The notes under the pieces are model-generated. The model was given only the letters and a program-made list of their open reading frames with translations. It ran no database searches and had not been told where the DNA came from. Source: Magnetococcales bacterium (lineage in GTDB: Bacteria; Pseudomonadota; Magnetococcia; Magnetococcales; Magnetaquicoccaceae). From it: 64,000 bases of DNA. Each line of letters opens with the position of its first letter. Position 1 is the stretch's first letter. Shown here in pieces: positions 9,527 through 18,365 of the stretch. The stretch is taken from the NCBI GenBank assembly GCA_015232245.1, contig JADGAB010000001.1, forward strand, positions 1,388 to 65,387, in the 5' to 3' direction. A program made the translations under genes and the position numbers.

Positions 9527-11355
9527 GGTCGGGAAGGATTTGGGCGCTCGGGATTTTTCTGTCGGCGACCCTTTTGCTGGCAGCCGGAGCCTCCATGGCT
9601 GAACCGACTACCGGCAGCGATGTTTTTGCCCTTTTGGAAAAAAAATACGGGGTGATCGATCCGCTCACCCATCCTCTGGTGGCCCGCGTCCAAAAAATCT
9701 TTGTCCGGGTGCAGGACGCGGCGGACAAACGGGGCAATCGGATGCCTCGACTGAGTGTGCTGAACAGACCGGAGGTTCCCTGGGCCTTTGCTCTGCCGGA
9801 TGGGAATATCATCCTCTCTTTGGGTGCGGTCCGGTTGTGCTACAGGAGTGTCACCCAGGCGGAAGGGGATACCCGTATCGCCTTTGTTCTCGGCCATGAG
9901 CTGGCCCACCTGACCAAAAACGATTTCTGGGAGATGGAGGTCTATCAGGCCATTGCCGGGTCTGGTCAGTCGGGGGACTCCCGTTCCCTGACGGTGCCTG
10001 AGGAGCTGCGTCAACGGCAGGCGGTCCTTTGGAACCAGGAGACCGAAGCGGATGATCTGGGGTTTCTGTATGCCGGCATCGCCGGATATCCGGTGCAGAC
10101 CCTGCTTGTCCATGAGGACAAATCCCGGGAGAATTTCTTCTCTCTGTGGAACCAGCAGGCCAGGGGTGATCCGACTCTGCGCGATCTGCATCCGCCACCC
10201 GACAGGCGGGCCGCGTTCTTGCGGGGACGACTGGACCGGTTGACACGATCCATGGCCTTTTTCCGTTTTGGGATGCGTCTGGCGGCGTTGGGCCATTGCG
10301 AGCAGGCCATTTTGCTCTTTCGTCATTTTTTGCAGGTTTTTCCCTCTCGGGAGGTTTTCAACAACCTGGGAGCCTGTCATCTGCAGCGGGCGCGGAAGGG
10401 GCTGGAAGCCACGGCAACCGGGGGCTCCGCCTACTGGTTGCCGCTCCTGTTCGACGCATCCACTCGCGCGGAAATCCTGACCGCCGGACAGCCGATTCAT
10501 CTTCGGGAGGAGCCTTTGCCCCTTCCACCGGTTCTGCCCGACAAGACCGGACACGAACTGGAACAGGCGGTGGATTATCTGGAACAGGCCGTGACCATGG
10601 ATGCCACCTATTTGCCGGCCCGTCTGAATCTGGCCACCGTCCATTTTTATCGGGGAGAGATGTTGAAGGCCCGCAGCGTGGTGAAGGAGGCCCTCCGTCT
10701 GGCCCCGAACAGTCGGGATGTGGCGGGTTGGCACGCCTTGATTTTTTTTCTGGACAGCCAGGAAAATGGTCTGGGGGCAGCCGCCCTGCCGTCATTGACC
10801 CGTCTGGCCAGTCAGGGGGATGCCCCGGCATCTCTCATCTACAACCATGCGGTCCTGACCAGAGAATTGGGCAAAAACAATCGCTCCAACTGGCGTCGTC
10901 TGGCCGCCTTGCTGACCCCTCTGCCGGCCCGCTATGCCCGGATGGCCTGCCAAATGGCCAAGGTCTCCTGTCCGGCTGCGCAGACCAGCCAGGAAAAACG
11001 GTTTCCCTGGCCTCTGCCTGTTCAGCCCGGCGCAGACCTCGACACCGGAGCGCGGGAGAAACTCTTTTCCGGTTGGCTTGTCACTCCGCTGGGCTGGCTT
11101 GAAGAGAAGCAGCCGGGAATCGCCTATCGGCGGGGAGAGGACCTGGAAGTGCTGGACCGGGATGGCTATGTGGCCATGGTGGTGTTGCGGGGCGGCATCC
11201 TGGGAACCACCCAGTTGCTCAAGAAAAAAATGGGCAATCCAACCCATGTCCGTCCCATGGCCGAAGGAGAGCTGTGGAGCTATGGCGATCAATGGGCGGT
11301 GCTGGTCCGGGATGGCCGGTTGCGCGAAGCCTGGGTGGTGGGGAACAAACCGTGA
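9523..11355 (+). CDS. Exported M48-family zinc metallopeptidase with TPR repeats
   Basis: GTGA overlap with anti-sigma stop; signal peptide; AFALPDG, LGHELAH (HExxH), ETEAD, HP; TPR helices. Confidence 0.88.
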   Translation: MRSGRIWALGIFLSATLLLAAGASMAEPTTGSDVFALLEKKYGVIDPLTHPLVARVQKIFVRVQDAADKRGNRMPRLSVLNRPEVPWAFALPDGNIILSLGAVRLCYRSVTQAEGDTRIAFVLGHELAHLTKNDFWEMEVYQAIAGSGQSGDSRSLTVPEELRQRQAVLWNQETEADDLGFLYAGIAGYPVQTLLVHEDKSRENFFSLWNQQARGDPTLRDLHPPPDRRAAFLRGRLDRLTRSMAFFRFGMRLAALGHCEQAILLFRHFLQVFPSREVFNNLGACHLQRARKGLEATATGGSAYWLPLLFDASTRAEILTAGQPIHLREEPLPLPPVLPDKTGHELEQAVDYLEQAVTMDATYLPARLNLATVHFYRGEMLKARSVVKEALRLAPNSRDVAGWHALIFFLDSQENGLGAAALPSLTRLASQGDAPASLIYNHAVLTRELGKNNRSNWRRLAALLTPLPARYARMACQMAKVSCPAAQTSQEKRFPWPLPVQPGADLDTGAREKLFSGWLVTPLGWLEEKQPGIAYRRGEDLEVLDRDGYVAMVVLRGGILGTTQLLKKKMGNPTHVRPMAEGELWSYGDQWAVLVRDGRLREAWVVGNKP

Positions 11356-11433
11356 TTGGCTTTCTGCTGGTTGCCGGGGCCAGGGACCACCCCGCAGCCT
11401 CTTGAAGGCGTATTGCGGGGTGGCCTGATCGGT

Positions 11434-13080
11434 TTAATGGTTGGACAACCCCTTGATCCGTTTAACCTCATTCTCCATTCTTGGCAACAGTATTTTCCTA
11501 TAGGCCATATAACCAAATATGTTTGGATGCACGGTTCCGGTAAACTCGAGTTCCACGGCCTCGGAGGCGTCCAGCCAGTTGAAGTAGGAGAGGAATTCTC
11601 CCTCGGGTCCCTTGGCGCAGATGCCGCCATGGCGGGTGGCCTCCATCATGCCGGCATTATAGATCCAGTTGATCTTTTCTTTTCTGGTACTTCTTGCTTC
11701 TTCCGCATTTCCATCGGACACCATCCTCTCGATAGTTCTGTTGAGAGGCTGCAGAATATGTTTGAACGCGCATTGGTACTCTTTATCCGAGAGGTTGCCA
11801 TGCCCGATGATGCTGAAACGCCCGGCCCGATTGAATATAGAGGAGTTGCAGAATTTCTCTCCGGTTTGATCGTGGGTGGGATCCGGATATTCCGAGATCA
11901 ACACAGAGGTTGGCTGCAAGCGTGTTCGGATTGCCGAGCGCAACAGGACGAAATTATTTTCCAGCAACTCCATCTTGTCGTTCACGCGATAATCTTTCCA
12001 AGAGACGTTCGGACCTGCTTTGTTTATCAATTCTTTCTCGCAGTCATGATCATGCGGCTTGGCAATCAGGTTTTTCAGCACCGGTCCGAAGCCGACGTCG
12101 TTGCCACCAATGGAGATCAGCACCAGATCAGGCTTGCGGAGAGATGCGCACTCTCTCTGCTCCGCATTGTATCGGTCTTGTGGACACAAAGCCGCGATGG
12201 CATCCTCAAGTTGTGGTTTCAAGGGATGTTTTTTGTCAGGTCGATCGACACCGGCAAATGGAGTTAACAACCCGCCATCTTTATGCTCTCCTCCCTGGAC
12301 GTTTCCTTCCTCAATGGTCCTGATTTCGGCCCCGGAGCAGGTGAAGTTCAGCATGGTGACTGAAATCTCCTTGTCATCTTCTGACAATATAAAGGCGGCC
12401 TGATTGAATCCGGAAAACATGGATCGGTGACAACGCCGATCAAGCCACTGTTCCTCCACCCAGTAACTCTCATTGGCGACCACATAGGCATTGACATCCG
12501 GTACACCTTCCCCGGAGCCGAACGAATCTCCCAACGCGACGATGACCAGATCCCTGGGAGTCAGAATTTTTTGATCACTCCCCAGCGTCACCCTGTTTTG
12601 ATCCATGACCACCAGTTTGACAGGCATGTGCCCTCGGCCCTCTTCGTTCAAGGTCACAGTAATGGTTTTGGGATCACAGGATTCAATGGTTCCTGGGTCA
12701 GGCTTGCCATCCACCCACCACTGACAAAGGAGATTTTTCTGTTGCAAGCCCTTGGGCAGTCTGGGCGTCAGGAGGATCTCCCGTTTGCGATCCAGAGGAT
12801 AATCCTTTTGATAGCTGTGGGAATACGGATTCCAGGTGGTGTCATAGGTCTCTGTGGTGGGAGAGGGATATTTGGTTTTTTGATGGGTCAGGTCACTGGT
12901 GATCACCTGTAAATCCTGTCGGTACCGATTCACTTCGTTTTTTGCGAGCATGCGGAATCGATGGACCACCTCCCAATCGATTCCTACAGGTTCAGCCAAG
13001 GCATTGCCAAAAGGGAATGCGATTGCCAAGGCGAGAGTTGGCAGTATGTTTTTTGCAGGCATTGCGTTTACTCCAGGCAT
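11434..13080 (-). CDS. Secreted SGNH/GDSL hydrolase (SEST-like)
   Basis: Signal peptide; ALGDSFGSG, CSGA, SIGGNDVG, VHPN blocks. Confidence 0.85.
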   Translation of the reverse strand: MPGVNAMPAKNILPTLALAIAFPFGNALAEPVGIDWEVVHRFRMLAKNEVNRYRQDLQVITSDLTHQKTKYPSPTTETYDTTWNPYSHSYQKDYPLDRKREILLTPRLPKGLQQKNLLCQWWVDGKPDPGTIESCDPKTITVTLNEEGRGHMPVKLVVMDQNRVTLGSDQKILTPRDLVIVALGDSFGSGEGVPDVNAYVVANESYWVEEQWLDRRCHRSMFSGFNQAAFILSEDDKEISVTMLNFTCSGAEIRTIEEGNVQGGEHKDGGLLTPFAGVDRPDKKHPLKPQLEDAIAALCPQDRYNAEQRECASLRKPDLVLISIGGNDVGFGPVLKNLIAKPHDHDCEKELINKAGPNVSWKDYRVNDKMELLENNFVLLRSAIRTRLQPTSVLISEYPDPTHDQTGEKFCNSSIFNRAGRFSIIGHGNLSDKEYQCAFKHILQPLNRTIERMVSDGNAEEARSTRKEKINWIYNAGMMEATRHGGICAKGPEGEFLSYFNWLDASEAVELEFTGTVHPNIFGYMAYRKILLPRMENEVKRIKGLSNH

Positions 13081-13357
13081 GGTTGCATAGGACGTTCCAG
13101 CAAGAGAATGTGTTCTGTGGCTCCTGCTTGGTATTAACTTATTGTATTTTTATGCAACTGTCAATTCCCGTATTGCATAAAAAACAATTTTTATGAGCCT
13201 ATGTTATTTAATTCTGGTCTGTGGTTTGCATGCAAGAGCTAGATAAAGTTATGGATTGAATGAGTAAAGCGGTTTTCATGGGAGAAAATGAATTCAGAAT
13301 GTCTGTCTGGCAAACACTTCAGTAGGGAGTGAAGCGAAGAGTATCTTTTGCCGCAAC

Positions 13358-14095
13358 TCACAAACGGCGCGCCTTGAGAAGAATGACCGGTTCGATTGGA
13401 ACATCGGCAAAGCCTTTGTAAGTCGCGGTTTTCACGGCGGCGATTTTATCGACGATCTCCATGCCGACCGTGACCAGTCCAAAGACCGCATAGCCGAAAG
13501 ATTGCGTGGTGTGATCCAGGAACGTATTGTCCACCAGATTGATGAAGAATTGAGATGTGGCGCTGTCCACCGCAGATGTGCGGGCCATGGCCAGGGTGCC
13601 GCGTTTGTTCGACAAACCATTATCCGCTTCGTTCTTGATGGGGGTATTGGGGGTTTTTCCGAGCATGTCCTGTGTCAGACCACCGCCCTGAATGACGAAG
13701 TTCGGGATGACGCGATGAAAAATCAGGCCGTCATAGAATCCGGAGTCCACATAATTCAAGAAGTTCTGCACGGTGATGGGGGCCTTTTTGGTATCCAGTG
13801 CAATCACGATGTCGCCAAGGGATGTGGTCAGGACCACCATGACAGGCATGAGGGTGCTGAGATGATCACCGATCGCGGCGGCGGTTTTTCGCGTCGCATC
13901 CGCGCTTACCGCGCCGTCGATCAAGGCGTCTCCTCTGAATCCGAACAGATAACGCATGATCAACACCCCATCGGTCAGGGCGTCGTATTTGCCATTGCCA
14001 TCGACATCCAAAGTGCATGAACTGTCTGCTGTTGCGTTGACAGAAACAACTGAAAATAATACAAAAAATAAGAATGTCGCAATGCGGTTCAACAT
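13358..14095 (-). CDS. ppiA: Periplasmic cyclophilin-type peptidyl-prolyl isomerase with extra N-terminal dockerin/EF-hand-like domain
   Basis: [58 protein letters not shown]; signal peptide [11 protein letters not shown] (alternative start 14143). Confidence 0.9.
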   Translation of the reverse strand: MLNRIATFLFFVLFSVVSVNATADSSCTLDVDGNGKYDALTDGVLIMRYLFGFRGDALIDGAVSADATRKTAAAIGDHLSTLMPVMVVLTTSLGDIVIALDTKKAPITVQNFLNYVDSGFYDGLIFHRVIPNFVIQGGGLTQDMLGKTPNTPIKNEADNGLSNKRGTLAMARTSAVDSATSQFFINLVDNTFLDHTTQSFGYAVFGLVTVGMEIVDKIAAVKTATYKGFADVPIEPVILLKARRL

Positions 14096-14600
14096 GAATT
14101 TATTGTGCGATACACCATAAGATTTATATTCGTTTTTTGGCATGGCTTTTTCTCGATTGTTCATGTGGGGATCGATTTTGAGCTTATGCCTCCTTCCGCT
14201 TTTTGTAAAGCCATCCGGAATGTGTTTCAGGTGGCATCCTGAGGATGTCCCGCCTCGCATTCAGTGGGGGATATGCGTGATCCAGTTGGAAAACAAGAAA
14301 AAATTCGCATTTTTGTTCGCAAGAATGGAAATCCCAAAGATAACATAATTATATAATAAGTAAATAATTGTAACGCCACGAAATAGCACGTTAATAGACT
14401 AAAAATACATCACAAGATAAATTAACAAAAGTCAGAAAGAAATTTCATCATCTGTGTGTTGTGACAGGTTGACAAGGCGTGAATTCAAGGTTACGTTTGA
14501 ATTAAGATGATTAAAAATCAGGAATCGATGAGAAGGTAATCATTTCCTTTAAAATTAGGTATGGTATTCAACAAGCGCTATCCTTGAATAGGAATATAAA

Positions 14601-15563
14601 GTGCTACCAAATGGATTGACATATATTTATAACAGGTTCTTCTTGAGTCGTTTTGGTGCGCGATGTACAATCTTTGTCACCAATGCGGTTCTTTGTTATG
14701 TCTTGCTATTGTTGTTAAATGTGACGCCAGCAACAGGAGCGTCATGCGTTCTGTTTGAGCAGCAGCCGCAGCTGCAATGCTCAGATATTGATGAGACCAA
14801 AAACATGCCGATCCGCTCTACTGTAGTGGCTACAAGAATTATTAACGACGAAACGAAGATAAAAGATATTCGTGAGTCCATGTGCTCGCTTTACGATAGG
14901 TTGGAGAATCAGAAAACCAAGCTGAACAATCTGCCATACAAACCGTTTCTTCTTGAATTGACAGGAAAAAACGGAAAAACCTGGAGTATGCACATTGGCT
15001 GCTTCCAGGATCAAGCAAAAAGCAAAATTGTGTTGCAGGATATTCGAAACCGCCAACCCGACCTGAAAGGCTCGCAAAGGCCTTACCCGTTTCCTGTGTC
15101 TCTGGAGATGGTATCCAGAAAAAGAGATGTGGTTGTTGCAAGTCAGCAAGAAGGCGAGGACTCTTATGACAAAATAATTCCAGGGAGATACACCCAGGCA
15201 AAAGATGTTATTGATGGCCGAATTGATAAAGAAGTCACTTTTTTTATGGTTGGAGGTAATGAAAGAAAATACACTACTAAAAATGTAGAAAAATATATTT
15301 ATGATAAATTTGGCAAGGAATCGGTTGATCTTCGGTTTGATAAATCGGACCAGCAGGAAAAAATTGTCGTAAAACTCAAGAGTACACCAATTCTATTGTC
15401 TGATTTGTATGCCATGGCCGCTGAAATCACCACGGATTTTCGGAGGAACGGTCTGTCCTGCTCTGAGGCTGTGGTTTTGCGGGGCAACGAAGCTGGCATA
15501 AGGATATGTGAGTACAGTGAACGTAAAGAGGACTGTCGATGTTCCGTCAAGTTTCAGCCGTGA
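14601..15563 (+). CDS. Exported protein with SPOR-like and POTRA-like segments
   Basis: Hydrophobic N-terminus; WSMHIGCFQDQAKS (SPOR-like); LLSDLYAMAAEITTDFRRNG (POTRA_2-like); abuts tpsB. Confidence 0.6.
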   Translation: MLPNGLTYIYNRFFLSRFGARCTIFVTNAVLCYVLLLLLNVTPATGASCVLFEQQPQLQCSDIDETKNMPIRSTVVATRIINDETKIKDIRESMCSLYDRLENQKTKLNNLPYKPFLLELTGKNGKTWSMHIGCFQDQAKSKIVLQDIRNRQPDLKGSQRPYPFPVSLEMVSRKRDVVVASQQEGEDSYDKIIPGRYTQAKDVIDGRIDKEVTFFMVGGNERKYTTKNVEKYIYDKFGKESVDLRFDKSDQQEKIVVKLKSTPILLSDLYAMAAEITTDFRRNGLSCSEAVVLRGNEAGIRICEYSERKEDCRCSVKFQP

Positions 15564-15565
15564 GG

Positions 15566-18349
15566 ATGGTCTCCTTGAAAGACTGGCATTGGGTGCTGGT
15601 TCTACTGTTGATGGGACCATTTGCCAACGTCAATGCTGGAGATGGTGCCAACAGGATACCTGTTTCTCCACCTTCTGGATTGTTTGACTATCGTTCTCTT
15701 GGTTCTTCTGACGGCAAAAAAAATGAACAATACTTTACGTTGCCCAAAGAGCTTGAACTTTTTGGAAACAAGAAATATCTCGAATCACTGTGTGTTAATT
15801 TCAATGGTCTCAGTATTGATTGGTCGAGATGGGTGAATTTGTCTGACAAAATTGAAGATGCCGATAAAGGGACCCAATACGAAGGAAAGGTTATGGGGGT
15901 ATCTATCCTGAGTAAGTATTTTCATGATTTTTTCAGCAGTGATAGTCGTTTCGATGAAGACAAATGTCGTTCCTTGAATAAAGACAACTCTGTGTTTGTT
16001 TCCGATAACATAAAAGCATCAATAAAGAATCAACGTCTGTTGCTGCAGTTTTTCAATGGGACAAATCCAAGTAGCCGTTGGATCTCTCTTTGGAGTGTCA
16101 CACAGTTTGTCAGATGTGTTACCCATAATTATCGAAGGGATGGTTCTATAGAAGAAAGCATTAAGCAATGCAAACTGGAGCCGGAAGACAATGCAGACAA
16201 TTTCCTGACCAGGGCGTTATACCCAAACGATAATGGAGCGCCTCAATACTTTCTGTCCCGCGCGTTTCTTCCCTACCAGAATCTCTGCGGGGTAAAAATC
16301 AATCCCGAAGGAGACCCTGCCAAGGATGATAAAGTTCATAAACAGATCGAGCTTTGTCAGACACCGGAATTGGTTCGTGTGGAGCTTGTGGAGGGTCGTG
16401 TCAACAATATTAAAATTAGTAGAATAAATAATAATAAAGATAATAAAGATAATAAAGATGGTGCTGCCGTTAAAGATAATAAAGCAAGGTTGAACTCTGG
16501 CACGTTATTTGATTTTCTTGGTTCAAAAATACCTGAACCTTACACGGCAACCACGCGAATCGAAGGGGCACGTGGTTTTTTTAAAGGGTTATGTAAAAAA
16601 GATTATTCTGATGATGAGGTAGAAAAAAACTATAAAATATACTCGATAATCGTAAAAGAATTTAAAGACATAACGGTTGACAATGATGTTATTACGAAAA
16701 TAATAAAAAAGGCGCTTTATAATGATAAAAAGCCTGACAAGAAAGATTTTGCAGATTTTTGTCATGTTGTGGGAATGATGCTGGATGATGATATGTTTGA
16801 AAAGACCAATAATATTTATTGTGCATTAGTCAATAACGGCTTGGTCGAGCCTGATGAAGCAATGGATCAATTCTGTGCCAGGTTTAACCCTGCAAAGGAC
16901 GCCATTTCGTTAAAACTTGAGAATATTTTGAAGCCTCTCAAGGGTGAGGAACCGCTCACCAGGTTGGAATTGGATCGGGCCTTGGTGAGAGCAAGTGATT
17001 TGCCTGGCATCCACATTGAAGGGACATTGAAGCCCCCTGCTGATGCTGAAAATAAACAGGAAAGAGATACAACTGATTTGGATGTGGATTGGACGCTCCA
17101 ACGATGGAATTTTGCTGTCGGGAGAGATAATTTTGGCAATAAATCTCTTGGGCCGAAAATGACGTGGTATCGGCTTGATCTGAACTATGTGCTTACTCCT
17201 GGAGATGTGATTTCCTGGCTGTTTGTCAATACATCAACGAAATCCCAACTGCGCTACAATCAATTGGATTACCGCCTTCCTTTTGGCGATCATGGCTGGT
17301 TTGGTCGTATCGGTTCGACCATTGACAAGGCCAATCTTGGTGGCATTTATCAAGAATACGATGTCAATACAAAGAATATATCTTGGGAAGTTGCTCTGGG
17401 GTATTCTCTCCAGCGTGATCGACACATGAAAATGATCTTTGAGGGCGGATTGCATTCTGGAGACGCCAATTCGACACTGTTGGGAGCCAACTTCACTCAC
17501 GATAAGGTAACCAACGGATTTGTCAAATTGGATGTTGAACATCATCGTTTGATTCAAGAGCTTGGCACAACCCAGGACACGGAAATTCCCGGTACTGAAG
17601 ATCTTGTGCTTACCATGAAGGTCGCGCACGGATTGAGGTGGAACAACCACTTTACAGTGGCCAATGATACCAGTTCCTCACGTCCTGACGCAGGCCCGGA
17701 TTACTCCCAATTAAGAATGACACTTAAAGGAATGCGTGAATTCCAAAAAATATCAGGCGATCCGGGTCGGTTTAGCATGGGTGACCTGGTCAACAGTATT
17801 TTGCCAACCACGACTACACGTTTATACGCATCAGGAGAAGTTGCGGGACAGTTGAGTTCTCAGCCATTGCTTTCGTCGGAAGAGATGAGTTTCGGAGGGA
17901 GAATGTTTGGTTCCTCCTATGATACAGGAACGATCGCTGGAGACAATGCGATCGCTTTTAAAGGAGAAATTGGTTACAAATGGTTGAATGGCTATATAAT
18001 CGGTACAGAAATTGTTGATAGGCCGCCTGTTGACCATTATGAGTTGGCACCATTCGGATTCATGGAATCCGCGCTTGCATGGAACAGAGATTCACGTGAC
18101 AAGGAATTGAATATCGACTACAAAAATCTTAATGACGGTGGAGTTGGTCTGCGGTTTAAACTGCAGCCGGAATATTTCAGAAAATTATTAGGCGAGAATA
18201 AAACATTCAAAGTTCCATTCATACACCAATTTTCCGCAGAAGGTACATACGCCTGGCCCATGGGAGGAAAAAACAGTTCCAGTGAAGTCCATGACAGAGT
18301 GTTTCGTTTTGGGCTTATGTTGCAAGCGTATATTCCCGAATGGCATTGA
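15566..18349 (+). CDS. ShlB/FhaC/HecB-family two-partner secretion transporter (TpsB), enlarged
   Basis: Signal peptide; POTRA elements (VTHNYRRDG, SRAFLPYQ, VELVEGRV, LELDRAL...DLPG); DNFGNKSLG; barrel motif LLSSEEMSFGG...YDTGTIAGD; G.GLRF strand. Confidence 0.85.
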   Translation: MVSLKDWHWVLVLLLMGPFANVNAGDGANRIPVSPPSGLFDYRSLGSSDGKKNEQYFTLPKELELFGNKKYLESLCVNFNGLSIDWSRWVNLSDKIEDADKGTQYEGKVMGVSILSKYFHDFFSSDSRFDEDKCRSLNKDNSVFVSDNIKASIKNQRLLLQFFNGTNPSSRWISLWSVTQFVRCVTHNYRRDGSIEESIKQCKLEPEDNADNFLTRALYPNDNGAPQYFLSRAFLPYQNLCGVKINPEGDPAKDDKVHKQIELCQTPELVRVELVEGRVNNIKISRINNNKDNKDNKDGAAVKDNKARLNSGTLFDFLGSKIPEPYTATTRIEGARGFFKGLCKKDYSDDEVEKNYKIYSIIVKEFKDITVDNDVITKIIKKALYNDKKPDKKDFADFCHVVGMMLDDDMFEKTNNIYCALVNNGLVEPDEAMDQFCARFNPAKDAISLKLENILKPLKGEEPLTRLELDRALVRASDLPGIHIEGTLKPPADAENKQERDTTDLDVDWTLQRWNFAVGRDNFGNKSLGPKMTWYRLDLNYVLTPGDVISWLFVNTSTKSQLRYNQLDYRLPFGDHGWFGRIGSTIDKANLGGIYQEYDVNTKNISWEVALGYSLQRDRHMKMIFEGGLHSGDANSTLLGANFTHDKVTNGFVKLDVEHHRLIQELGTTQDTEIPGTEDLVLTMKVAHGLRWNNHFTVANDTSSSRPDAGPDYSQLRMTLKGMREFQKISGDPGRFSMGDLVNSILPTTTTRLYASGEVAGQLSSQPLLSSEEMSFGGRMFGSSYDTGTIAGDNAIAFKGEIGYKWLNGYIIGTEIVDRPPVDHYELAPFGFMESALAWNRDSRDKELNIDYKNLNDGGVGLRFKLQPEYFRKLLGENKTFKVPFIHQFSAEGTYAWPMGGKNSSSEVHDRVFRFGLMLQAYIPEWH

Positions 18350-18365
18350 TCTGGAGCAGAATCAC

